DNA of 58,896 bases, the filler included, from Sphacelaria rigidula (taxonomy: Eukaryota), in assembly GCA_964200075.2 (NCBI GenBank). It is 10 parts of 10 records of this genome, joined end to end, with 100 filler letters (N's around TTAATTAATTAA, not from the genome) between each part and the next. Parts side by side here need not be neighbours in the genome. Positions count along the whole stretch, not along the records: positions 23,601 to 29,400 come from CAXNAA020024372.1; positions 29,501 to 35,300 come from CAXNAA020024373.1; positions 35,401 to 41,199 come from CAXNAA020024374.1; 7 more parts are not named here. The stretch is one strand, 5' to 3'. The notes beneath the pieces are model-generated. The model saw nothing but the letters and a program-made list of their open reading frames with translations, was not told the origin of the DNA and did no database searches. The translations under genes were made by a program, and so were the position numbers. Positions 26,385 to 38,672 of this stretch are shown here, one piece after another; the stretch's first letter is position 1; each line of letters starts with the position of its first letter.

Positions 26385-26865
26385 TCGACGATTTTTTTCC
26401 CACTAATATTGGGGTAAGGAGACAATACATGATGCTATGATGATACAGTCTTAGAAAAGCACCCCCTGCTTTGACAAAAAAATAATAATAATAACAGCGG
26501 AGCAAGAACTCACATGGCCGGTTCAGTAAAGCAATACTGGGATTTTTTTAAACGTTTGTTTTTCTTGACAAAACGTGAAAATGTGACAAGATTGGGTTGG
26601 ATTTCTCCTCTTTAAAAAATCGTGTCGACGATTTTTTCCCCACTAATATTGGGGTAAGAAGACAATACATGATGCTATGATGATACAGTCTTAGAAAAGC
26701 ACCCCCTGCTTTGACAAAAAAATAAAATAAAATAACAGCGGAGCAAGAACTCACATGGCCGATTCAGTAAAGCAATACTGCGATTTTTTTAAACGTTTTT
26801 TTTTCTTGACAAAACGTGAAAATGTGACAAGATTGGGTTGGATTTCTCCACTTTAAAAATCGTGT
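26385..26865 (+). repeat. Near-identical 240-bp tandem duplication
   Basis: Units start tcgacgattttt at 26385 and 26625 and differ by only a few substitutions/indels. Confidence 0.95.
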
Positions 26866-27516
26866 GACAAAACAAATCCATTTCAACAGGTAAAAATAAG
26901 GTGAAATAAAATATGTATCGCTCGTTTCTCTCTCCGACAGATCTGCAGCGCCGTACTCGACACGTTTCTCCGAACGGTTGACTCTTCCCACCAGAACAAC
27001 ACAATACACTATACTAAAACATGTGTATGTCAGGTATCACGTAGAAGCGAAGTTCACATGGGGTGAGCGCCTATCTAGTACGACAGGAGGAATCATATTT
27101 CGGAACAATATCGTCATCAACGAATGCCAGGGCGTGGCGAATCATTTCGGAACAATATCGTCTTGTCCCACCCTCTGTGCCCACTAAAAATACGGTCCAA
27201 CAATCATCACGTGGTTCTACCAAAACTGAGCCTAGTTCCTCCGACAGACGCAACAACAACAAACATCAAGGGAAAAGCGGTGTTGGTGTCAAGCTGAGCC
27301 CAGACAGAAGCCCCCCCCAACAATCAACACAAGAGTACGGATGACTTTCGTGCTCAACATAGAATATACGCCCTCTACTTAGGCCACAGACAGTCGCTCA
27401 TGAGTCACGAGTCTCTCCGTTTGCACGGCCATAGGAACAGACAGACACAGACAGACAGACAGAAACATACGAGTGACCCTCAGCCGAATCAAGGAGCACC
27501 AAAGCTAAAACTTCAC

Positions 27517-28894
27517 CTTGATCCTGAGGATTTTGCAAGCCTCCCTCGCCCACGCTTCAGCCGGCTCTACCATCTTGCGGAGCTCGCCGGCTCCAGGAAT
27601 CACAACGGGGGCCACCCCCCTGCAGCTCCGAACAGCCTGGTAAATCTGCGACATCCTGGGCTTGGGTGGCAAAGAATCGACATCCATACCGCTCGCGGAA
27701 GCAGCGGCGGTCAGATACGGAAACAGCGGCGGAACTGATGCCGCTTCGGAGGCTCCTGACGTGGGGCTTGCAGCCCTCCGGGTAACGGGCATCCTTGGAG
27801 TGTCGGCGACACCTCTGTCTGGTGCGGATGTCGTTGTCGATGCCGGGGAATTTTCACAGGTGTCCGATGGTGCGAGAGTTCCCGCGAGGCAGTCTGATGC
27901 GGGGACTTTCTGGGGAGGTTCTTGTACAAGTAATTCTTTTGTCTCGGGTCGTACCGGGGTACCATTCGGATCTTGGGTCTTCCCTTGGATCTTCCCTTGA
28001 AATCCTGGGATATCCTCCACCCCACGATCCACCAGGCCATCGTCCGTCTTACGGGTACCTTCAGGGACGCTAAGCGGGGACGTTCCGATGTTTCCGTCGG
28101 GCAAGGATGGCTTCTCCGCATTCCGCACGTGTCCCACATCCGCCGACTCACGTCCCACAACACGATCTTCGGCCTTACTGGGATCTCCGGGGGACTCCGG
28201 TAGAACCTCGGTATCCTTCCCGTTACTCGCATCCGTCATGTCCCCCTCGTTTGTGCACAAGGCCTTCGCGTCGGTGTTCCCGGGAACCTCTGCCGTTTCA
28301 GCGGGGAGCACATTCTGTCCTTGCTTCTCTCCGCCGGCCTCGACGCCACCTTTTGCATCGGGCATCTCCCTCTGTCGGGTCTCCTCACAATCCATCCGGT
28401 CCGCGGGTGCCACACCGTCCCCCGCCGTCTTTTCTCCTTCCTGCTCCACCGATCTAATTTCACCGCCTCCCGTGCTGCTGTCGCAACCGCTGGACGTGGC
28501 CCCGCTGCAAATGTCCATGCTCTCCCCCCCACTACCCATATCTTCCGAAAAAAATCTTGCAGCCTTCGCTCCACCCTCTCCACCATGAACAGCCGTGTTT
28601 CCCTCGCTCACCACCCCCTCAGGGGAACCTGATGGGCGACCCTCCAACGCAATCGTGGCGACTGCTTCTGCGGGACAAATTTCTTGTGCGGGGGAATGTT
28701 CGTCTGCGGGGAAATCACCACTTTCACCAGATTTTCGCCGTGGAGGTCGAGCGGGCCGACTGGACGTTAGAGACCGGTTTGATGCCCCGCTGGTCGTTGT
28801 CGTAGCGTCGTGGTACTCGGGCACTTGAACGTCCAGTCCGTGCTTCGATGCTGCGTCCAGGAGGGACCGCACCGTCTTGGCCACTTGCCCCGCC
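27517..28894 (-). CDS. Large internal exon: low-complexity acidic linker flanked by PLU-1-like helices (possible KDM5/JARID1-type protein)
   Basis: Within the 576-aa ORF; cag| at 28894, |gtgaag at 27517. VRSLLDAASKHGLDVQVPEY and VVIPGAGELRKMVEPAEAWAREACKIL resemble PLU-1 repeats. Coding status is well supported, the family is tentative. Confidence 0.6.
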
Positions 28895-29348
28895 CTGACG
28901 GGGGTGGAATTACGGTCGCGAGAGAGAAGGTGAAAATTGGGGACTATCGAGACGTGCAAGTAAGGACATGACCATGTGACCGGTCTGAGATCAGCATCAT
29001 TTTGACTTGAAAAATGATTGAAAATGGATACCGATCCACAAAAACAAGAATCAGCACTCCCTGGGGGTCTAGCTCCCAAAACGTTAACCCTTGGACAGCG
29101 AGAGTAGATCATCTGCTGAATCGACATCAATTTCACTTGAAAAAAGTATGCATAGTCCAGATGGACTACGATCGCGGTCCAAGGGTTGAAGCCAAACGAC
29201 GATTTTGTCAGACAGAAAAACGAACATTTGAACACTTGTCGAACAGCTCATGAGTTACCTGAATACTACTTCTTATTAGTGTACTGATCTGGATCATGAG
29301 CGAGCTCATTTGCCCCCCCCACCCTCTCTCGAAATCGAAATCGAAAGC

Positions 29349-29400
29349 TCCGTCTCGAAAGGGATGCGTGGTCAATGGTCACACGACTAAGGCAAGCAAC
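29349..29400 (+). mobile_element. Poly(C)-tailed short repeat, cut by contig end
   Basis: ccgtctcgaaagggatgcgtggtcaatggtcacacgactaaggcaagcaac, almost identical to 30116-30156. Confidence 0.8.
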
Positions 29401-30063
29401 NNNNNNNNNNNNNNNNNNNNNNNNNNNNNNNNNNNNNNNNNNNNTTAATTAATTAANNNNNNNNNNNNNNNNNNNNNNNNNNNNNNNNNNNNNNNNNNNN
29501 CCCATCGTAGGATGACTCAACAGAAAATGTAGAGCAGAATAACAGCGTAGACTAAGAAAATCATGATAAAAATAAATGAAAGTGAAAGAAAAGGGAATGG
29601 CCGCCGACCTCTGGCACATACGAAGAGCAACCGAGATTATACGCAACGCGCGCACTGAATATGCAGCATGCGGCTCTAAGTTAAGCCCTTCCCATGGCAT
29701 GCATGTGTGTCTTCAGTGTGAGTGTCGTGACTGATGCGATAATTGCGAAGGCGAAAAACATCCGTACCGCGGGGAGCTCTCGAGGGGCGGTGACACGGGG
29801 CGATCATCTCCAAGCAAGCGTAGTCCATTGGATGTTGATTTATGTTTCGTTAAGAAAATGTATTGATGAAACGAAAAGGGTTACTTTCATCACCGTAGAT
29901 TGCCTCGATATTATTCCGGAATTCGGCAAAAATGATGCATGTATACACACACATATATATATATATATATATACAGGGGGGAGATGGGTTGATCCTTTGA
30001 GACCACGGATTATGTTCATCCTATGGAAAAATGAACTCGTGTGGCATTCGTTCGGTATTTTAT

Positions 30064-30293
30064 TTGATTGATTGATTGATTGCCGCACTTCAACTGACCC
30101 CCCAGGAGTCCGAGACGGGATGCGTGGTCAATGGTCAAACGACTAAGGCAAGCAACAAATGAGTACGCCCCCCCCCCCAGGAGTCCAGTCGTGGTCTCAT
30201 AATAAACGTACCCGAGAAAAACAAAACTGAAACATCCGCTGAAGAAAAGAAGGAAGAAGAAAAAAGTCGAACAGGACGACACAGCAGACTAAG
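30064..30293 (-). mobile_element. (AATC)n-tailed retroposon 3' end with a nested 61-bp insertion
   Basis: Same family as 23610; interrupted at 30112-30172 by an insert flanked by duplicated ccccccaggagtcc. Confidence 0.8.
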
Positions 30294-30365
30294 ATGTAAA
30301 ATAAAATAAAATGTCATGCTCCAACACTCGTCCCACCACACACACAACCGTGGTAAGTTTCCTGC

Positions 30366-31090
30366 CTCGAAGTCGATTCCTCCGCTGCCATCCGAGTCGA
30401 AGCCCTGGAAGAACGTCTTGACCTCCGCCTCTCCCAGGCCCAGGCTGAACGTCGACACGGCTTCCCTGAAGTCGTCTAGATCCACCACCTTGTATTTCCG
30501 GCATTTCCGACGTTGTTATAGTGGTCAGGCTTGGCATTCGGTAATACTTCTCGAAGTGTCGTAAATGTTGTGCGATGTCTTGGTTGATGCTGCTTCTCCT
30601 TTGATGTGGATTATTTGGGCAGACACTTTCTACAACAGCTCCCCCCCCTCCCCCGAACCAGCCCAAAACTGTCACGAAGAAAATGGTCATACAGCGCCTG
30701 ATGTTTGGTTTCGGGCTGCATGAAGCGCCTCATATGGGCGACATTGGCGGAAACGAACCCAAGCGTGGGAATTCCGAGCTGCTCGTTGTGCTCGGCTTTT
30801 GTCGTTTCCATTTACGTGTAGATTTTGCCTCCCCAAACCAGGCACTTTTTTTGGGAGGGGCTATCGTAGAAAGTGCCGGCAGTCCCTTCGGATTTCCTGT
30901 ATACCTGCGCCAAGTTACGAGTTCTACATTGTTCAGGGGCAGGAGTTATGACGATAAGGATAGGAAGGGCAGCAGTAATAGTAGTGAAGAGAGCACTTGC
31001 GTTGATGATACCACGACTTTAATAACAATAGTCAAAATATGAATCACAACCACCACAGCAACAACAACAACAACACTAGCAGCAGCAGCA

Positions 31091-31124
<34 letters not shown>

Positions 31125-34100
31125 CGACAATGTCGTGTGTCTCCCGACAAAGCGCGATTTTTCCTCAACGCTACCGTAGGAAGCGTCAACACATCGAAGC
31201 AAGGAAATCCGGCAACATGGACCTTAGTCCGAACACGTTCAACGAACTACTCTAGGTATGTTTATGTGAGACCCAGAAAAGGTATCGCGGTGTAGGCCCG
31301 CACAGCGCGCATGTTTACGGGAGACATAGCGGCAACGAGTTACTGAATATCACTGCTGCTGCTACTGCTGTTGCTGCTACGGTCGCCATCACTACTACTA
31401 CTATTCCAATCACCACCACTACTACCACTAGGCCATCACGTTACAGAAAAACGGAAGATGAAAAGACGGCACATCTGCAGACAGCGTGAAAATGGTATCA
31501 TATGCCGCAGTTGCAGTCAAGGAGCGCAGATGTTGGCCTGGAATAAGACGAGGTAACGCAAGGTACAAACCGGATAAAAGGCTGTATCGTGCAACGTCGA
31601 CCTGAGGTATGAGTATCCGTCTCGGACGTCAACCTGGGATCATAGATCCATTTACGATATCCAACAGGCGTTTGGACGTGTATTTGAGATAACCGTCTCA
31701 AACTTGAACTCCTATCTGAAGCATCCATACTGAATCTCAGGTTTATCTGAAGTTTTCAGGGAATATCGACGTCCATCCAAAAGCTGGTCGCCTCGGTGGC
31801 TCAGTTGGTAACCTCGACCCCTTCTGACGGTTGGGTCGTGGGGTTCGAATCTCGGAGCGATCTGGGATTTTTTCTCATGCCCGACAGTGGAGAGCGACTA
31901 TATCGTGGGTATATAAAATTCGACTTCACGGCCGACGAGGGAAAGAGATTGCTGAAGCCCTCTCGCGAAAAAAATAAAAAGGCAAGCACCGCAGAAGGAA
32001 GGTGGAGCACTAAAACAAAACAAAAACAAAAATATGTGTTGACCTTCCTCCTGTGTGACCGCGACTGATGCGCCCACATATACCGAAAGGTGTAGCCCGG
32101 CGTCCAGAATAGACGGGACGACAAAACACAACACATTTACACGCATCTGGGATTTCCATACCGGATAAAAATCACCCTCGTTCACCTGGGATTTTCACCT
32201 GGGGCTCCGCATCCCTCCGAGATATCTTTTAGTGATCTCATATCCATCTGAGATGTCCATCTAGATGGGAGGTCGACCTTTGTGGATACACAGCCCAGCA
32301 CTCTATCGCTGATCGACGTGTACGCTTTTGCCAGCGTACACTATACGCTGCACCCTATCCAGCGCACAAAATTGCCCACGAGTTTGGGACAGATTTAGGC
32401 CTCAGGTTGAGGTTTTGCGATGGGTAGCGTTATTCGTGGGGACCTTCATCCAACAATAAAACCGCCGACAAAGGCAACCTGGCCCCAGCGCGTGAGACTT
32501 TCAGGGATATGTCCATGTATGTCCGCAAATAGGTGTCTGCCTGGGACATCCCCCGATCCGGATGGACGTTCTGGATGGATGTCCATGTCCCACACGACTT
32601 CCAAGATGGACCTCTTGGATGGATTTCTATGTCCCAGATGGGCACCCCAGATGAATATCGTATGTGGGCGTGCATATCCCAATTGGATGGTTTCAGATTA
32701 ACCTGCGATTCGAGGCAATGTCCTACATGGATATCTGTTGGAGTTGAGATCTCAGATGGACGTCCCAGAAGGATACTCATATCTCAGATGGAGCTGGTAT
32801 GCAAATCTATGGATCTCTTGTCAGGGTTGCGCCGCTTTCGTGATGTGCTACTATCTGGCAGTTTGGCTTTGAAATACAGGGTCGTCGTCTCAAGGGTTTT
32901 GGCTGACATAGTGCATTCTTTGAGGCTTGACAATGGATACTACAGATCCGGCGGTCCGCTTTTGAGAAACGATCCGTGGAAAAAGGGAGGCCCGGATCGT
33001 TGGGACTCCCCCGACGGGCTCTCCATTCAACGGTCGCAGAGAGTAAACTCGATATTCCCAGCACTCTATGACCGAAAACATCATTAGACAAACCCGCAAA
33101 ACCCGATGTCCTCTCAACCCTGTGTGTACCGTTGATTAAGCGGTGTTTATACCAGCGCACTAGAAGCAAGAATTTCATCCAATGAACGCCAGAAATCAGG
33201 ACCGTTCTCTTGGAGTTCGTCCTCGAAGTTAACCCGCTATCTATGTACACGCGATTTGCCATATTTGATTGAATTTACCAGCATGTTTTTCACGATGAGA
33301 ACTTGCGACATGGACTGTTTCTGAAGATATTTTCTTGTGGTCACTCGCCGCAAAACGCTAACGGCCAACATCCGATAAGATATCAGCAATGTTACGGTAG
33401 GGGTTGCACTATTTTTTTCTGGGTCTCTTTTTTGTAGGAGCCCAAATACATGGGGGTTACTGTGCAACGCAAATCTCCGAGGACTGGACTCCCAGAAATA
33501 TGATGTTTGCACGCAGGGGCCTTTTCGTGAAACGGCATCGCATTTCCAGTCTTTTTCAAGTAAAAATGATGCCGATTCTCAAAATGATCCGTCCAACACC
33601 CCGAGCAGCCCCGAGAAATGTTTTAGCTAAACAAATGCAACCAACCCTTATACCGTAGCATTGCTTGTATCGTTTTCAAGAGTAAGCTGTGGCCACTAAA
33701 GGGTTGATTAATCATGCCCGTCTCCGAACTACAGAGCCATTGTTATAGTAGGTCGGGTCAGCACGGCATCATACACGAGGGGACCTGAAGAAATGTTCGT
33801 ACACAATGGTTGATGGGAAACATAATAGGATGCTACAAACTGACACCAACACTAACCTCAACCCTAATCCCGACCCAAGGCGCACGAGATCCTCGGGCAA
33901 GGAGGGTGCATAAATTCCCCTAGGCAAATAGTGTGCATTGGCAGACCTCGAATCGACGCCGCAGGCGCCGATTTCGACAAAAACCCGTTCCGGACGAGCT
34001 GCGTCCACTACTCCCTTGCCCCAAACCATACATTTTCTCAGAACTTTACCAAGTCTGAAATCAAGCAGTCATCCCTGTCAACCATTGTGTACGAACAATT

Positions 34101-34408
34101 CTCAACCCTTAGACCACGGTGCGTGTGGTCACAGTCCTGATACTGCATACTTCTTTCAAGTCAGTATTGATGCCGATTCAGCAGGTGACCTTCATTCGCG
34201 GTCGAAGAGTTCAGGTCTACCGTCACGCACAGGTCCACCCACTGTCCATCCGTCTCACCGTGCCGCGACCTCGATGCATCTTGCGGAAAGCCCTCAGCAG
34301 CTCAAACGGTCCGCCCCCGATGCTCCCCAGAATTTTATTTCGGAGCAGTTTCTCGTTGTCTTCGTGCGTACGCTGCGGCACTTTTTCGGCCGCCTTCTTC
34401 ACCTTCGC
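30366..34408 (-). CDS. EF-hand calcium-binding protein, calcyphosin-like (two internal exons)
   Basis: Exon 34408-34259 (LRNKILGSIGGGPFELLRAFRKMHRGRGT|gtgaga) joins in phase 0 to exon 30488-30366 (VVDLDDFREAVSTFSLGLGEAEVKTFFQGFDSDGSGGIDFE, canonical EF loop). Confidence 0.75.
31595..32790. mobile_element. Degenerate foldback element interrupted by a SINE
   Basis: tatgagtatccgtctcggacgtcaacctgggatc (~31608) is inverted at gatctcagatggacgtcccagaaggatactcata (~32748-32781); gaatctcaggtttatctgaa inverted at ~32692; many gatgtcc/ggacatc motifs. Confidence 0.6.
31786..32145 (+). mobile_element. tRNA-derived SINE, family A
   Basis: A box tggctcagttgg (31797-31808), B box ggttcgaatct (31842-31852); body colinear with 44255-44620; CA-rich tail. 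Confidence 0.88.
33790..34205. mobile_element. Telomeric-seed repeat family, copy with inverted subterminal repeats
   Basis: Degenerate ctaacctcaaccctaatccc at 33852, then the shared body; tgttcgtacacaatggttga (~33795) inverted as tcaaccattgtgtacgaaca (~34078). Confidence 0.65.
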
Positions 34409-37400
34409 CTGCGTATTATTGCAACCCGTTTTCCCATGTACAGGACATCCTCTCAAGAGAAGTGTTTGTCTTTGTCTGCCCCACAAATAGATCGACCCTC
34501 ACTTTGGTACGTTTCGGTAAAATTCAAGGGCATGAGTGAGAATGTTTCGAGTGCAGTACAGTACAGTACAGTACAGTACAGCGCAGCACAGCATCCATGG
34601 ATCAGACAGGTGTCCAATGGAACATAACCCCAAGACGCTGTAAATCGTGTGTGAAAGTTTGACCCCAGATGCTTACGACCGATATGCATTTGGAATAGTA
34701 CCATTGTGCTGGAATAATACACCGCTCCGTCCGCCAGGTCTTGCCGTCGACCGAGACAACGGTTACTCACATTCGGGGAGGACGAGAAACTTCTGTGGAG
34801 CAGTTTTTATGGTTTGCGGCGAGTTTCGACAAAAGGTAGGCAGTACATACTCACCAGGTGATCGTTACTGCTACTTTAGTTACAGGCCGCCTGGTCACCA
34901 TGCGTCTGTAGCCGTGCATCAGGTTAGAGGCGAATAGATCATGCCGTCTTCTGCTTGCAGGCTATCCGACAAACATTGATTCTGTCAGAGCGAAAACCAA
35001 CTGGTGTTGACATTTTGTTGTTCAACGAATGATAAAAAGCAGTACAATCGGAGGCCTTCCAGACTCGGTACGACGACAGTATTCGCTTGCCGGTCTAGCA
35101 AAATAGTTGCAGTAATGCGAACAGAACAGATACCGGTGGGTTCTCGACAATGGGGTTGAAAAAGAAAAAATGATATACAACTCAGAAGCCGTGCTTGCCC
35201 TGACCTAAATTCATGACAAATGACTTTCATATGAACGACCTCATCCCTCCCGACCTCCCTAAAACTATTTCGGGGGATTTCTCGCCTTCCGTTCCCGCAA
35301 NNNNNNNNNNNNNNNNNNNNNNNNNNNNNNNNNNNNNNNNNNNNTTAATTAATTAANNNNNNNNNNNNNNNNNNNNNNNNNNNNNNNNNNNNNNNNNNNN
35401 ATGTCACCAGGGCAAGACCCTGATACTTTCTTGAGCAAAGTGTATCAGCTTCGGGACGAACTGGACAACGTTGGCGAGGCCATTTCCGAAGAAAGGCTGA
35501 CTGACATAGTGATCGAAGGTTTAACAAACGAGTATGACCTCATCAAGTACAATGCGGAGCGTGATCCAGATCTCAGTATTCAGAGCATCGAAGCAACAAT
35601 GCGAAATATGTATGCTAATCGCATGGCGCGGAGATTTACCTCCGGGAAATCGCATGGCCGCGATTCATCACTGCTGGTGACGTCACTGTCGAAATCTTTG
35701 AATCAACCCCAGAAACTCCGTGGAAATTGCTACACCTGCGGGAGACCAGGATATCAGGCAAGAGACTGTCGCTCCCAACTGCAGTAAAAAAATGGGAACA
35801 GGCCTGTAGAATGGTGCAGTTTCCATCACATTGACAAGCATGGCGATACTACGTGTAGATCCCAACAGAACCGCGGGAATGCGACCAATAACGCTGGAAA
35901 CAACAACAATAACCATCATCATCGCAGAAACCCCCGCCATCGAAATATCAATCGTGATAACAGCAGCAACAACAACGGTAGGAGCAACCACAACAGCAAC
36001 ATCGGCAACAGCAACTCCAACGGACATCAACGCCAAGCCAACACAGCCGTCGCCGACCCAGCTTCTACAACCGTACCATCGAACAACAACGGCCTGGAAA
36101 CTTCTTGATCAACAGCTGCGACAGTAATAGATACATCCTCACCACCAAACGGCATGGGATATCTTTTCTTTCTGGTTCACATGTCACTGATGCATCCGAT
36201 CAAATTCATTTTCAGTTGACAGTGGATAGCGGCAGCACCGAATATTTTTTGGATGATCAGTTGCTACCCGATATCGAACGTGAAATGGTCGAGCTGGTCA
36301 AACTCGATCCATCGATGACTATTTTAACAGCGGGACGCCATCTACTACATGGTACAGCAAAAGGAGTTCTGAACACCGTGGTCATTGACTCTGAGGGGTA
36401 CGAACGTTCTGTACGGCTCCCAGCCGAAATTGTCCCGGGTATGGAGAAGCATTTGTTCTCCCCTGTGCAAGCTCTTGCGAAGGGCGCTTCGACTATATTT
36501 TCTCACGAGTCCCATATAGACCTCGGAAATTTTAAAGTGCCAATTAACAGTGCCAGCAACGGAGCGTTACAGTACATCAGCGTGAGAGTTTCTCGGGAAC
36601 CGGGTAATATTAATAACAGCTCAGCATTTACAGCTACAATTATATCAGGAGAATCTATGGGCATAGGGTCAGCCATTGTTGCAGAAGCCATTCACCACGA
36701 CATGCCGGGAATTTCAGCAGCCATGTCTGTCACAGCGGGAGCAGAACCGACAGGTTTGACTACCACAATAGGAGCAGACATTTGGCATAGGCGACTTGGA
36801 CATCCCACGGAGCAGGACATGCGCAGTCTACTGAATATTCCTGAATCAGGTGTGAACTTATAGGGGTCACTGTCACCTTGTGTAACGTGCAAGCTTAATG
36901 AGAGTGTTAGCAGGACCACCCAAAGGCCGTAGACTCCACGAACATTTCGGAACGACTGAAATTGGTCAGCACTGACCTAACAGGGCCGATTACGCATATG
37001 GTTCAGGGCGGCTACCGATACATGACAAAATTTACCAATCACTTCTCGCGTTCCAAGGTAGTCTACTTCATCAAAACGAAGGATGAGACCCTAACTACGC
37101 TCTGCAGATTCATCCAAAGATTTGGCTATTCCTTTAGGACTCCGTGTACACCGTCTGCGGTCAGACCGTGGGGGTGAATGTATCGCGGACTATTTTAAGA
37201 GGTATTGCAAGACGACGGGCATCCACCAAGAGTTCACCAGTCCATATACTCCTCAGCAGAATGGCATCAGTGAAAGAGACGGGCGGAGCATCTTGAACGT
37301 TACTCGTTGTCTCCTGAACAAATCGAATTTGCCGCAATTTCTTCGGGGAGAACTTGCTGCAACTACGGTCTTTTAAATCAATCGCCTACCGCACACGAGC

Positions 37401-38672
37401 ATCGGCGGCGATACACCATATTTCCGGATGTTTCTTAGGCAACCGAAGCTATCATCCTTGCGGACAATCGGCTCGAGGACATTCGTCCACAGGAAGCGTC
37501 ATCAGAGATAAGTTAGAAGAAAAGGCTTGGGAAGGAGTGCTAGAAGGGTATGATTCCGATAGCCCATCGTACCGCATTTACAACCGCTACTCGGGGAAAA
37601 TATCCAGCTCTAGAAACGTCATTTTCATCGAACAAGTAGCAGGAGCTCCTTGCAGTGATGAAGATGTTTCGACTTTGGATATCCAGGAACCCGACGTATC
37701 TGCAGTTGATCAGGAACAGGACCACGACATCAACAACTTCAACATGAATATTTACGATGGTATAGCTTAGCTAGAGGACAGCACCACGGAGGACAATTCA
37801 CCGACTACAGGGCCGCCTATCGCCCAAAGGAGGTGGCGTTCAGCCGGTGATCCCGGTCATCATCCTCCTGGACCCGTTAACAAACGGCAAGCCAGTGAGC
37901 TAAAGCGACTAGCTTTCATGTCTTCTGAGGGTCAACATGCTGCAGCAACACTAGAAATGGTATGTCAGTACATAGGCACTGTCGGAGTTGAACAGGTCGC
38001 TTCATTTTGCAGGTTAGAAAGTCAGCGATTGTTAATGGCAATTGCTACTGCGAAAAATTGGCCTATTTTAGCCCTCGACGTACAAACTGCTTTCTTGAAC
38101 GGCAAGCTACAGGTAACAGTATTCCGGAGACAACCGCCTGGCTGTGAGACGTTCGACCCAACGACAGGAGAACCACAAGCTATGGTAATGCCGGACTTCA
38201 GGGGAAAATGATATCAACACCGGGGACGTTATTTTTTTTGTCTAACGGGCTAGTTAATTTCACTTCGAGCTTACAACGTATAGCAGCCACTTCAACGACA
38301 GAAGCCGAGTTACTTGCCCTTTCGAAATGCGGCAACTTCGGAACGTATCTCTTCAATCTGATACGAGAACTTGGATGGTCATCTATTGAGCCCGGGACTA
38401 TCTACTCGGATTCACAAGGCGCACTCCATCTGTCTTCAAACGCCAACTTCAGCACCAGCTCGAGACACCTGGCGATACGATTATTCAATTTAAAAGATAT
38501 GATTCGAGCCGGACAACTAAGAATAAACTATGCACGGTCTTCGGAACAATTAGCGGATCTTCTCACCAAAAGCTGTGATAGATGCGTACATCAGAGAGTG
38601 CTGAAGGCCAGAACCGAATTTGGGAGATGCCGCATATTAATCTGGCAGGATATTTTTCTTCAGCATCATCAT

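Noticed and set aside
28895..29235. N-terminal part of the 576-aa ORF as coding sequence
   Set aside because: Lies upstream of a plausible acceptor at 28895 and overlaps a repeat (29090-29190); likely intron that happens to be open.
31786..31862. Functional tRNA gene (also 44255, 41920-41996, 41150-41185)
   Set aside because: A and B boxes are present but no convincing cloverleaf or terminator; the heads at 31786, 44255 and 41996 continue into shared repeat bodies, and the one at 41150 is cut by the contig end.
32150..33087. ORFs of 93-184 aa
   Set aside because: They fall in the repetitive gatgtcc/ggacatc foldback element and have no protein-like features.
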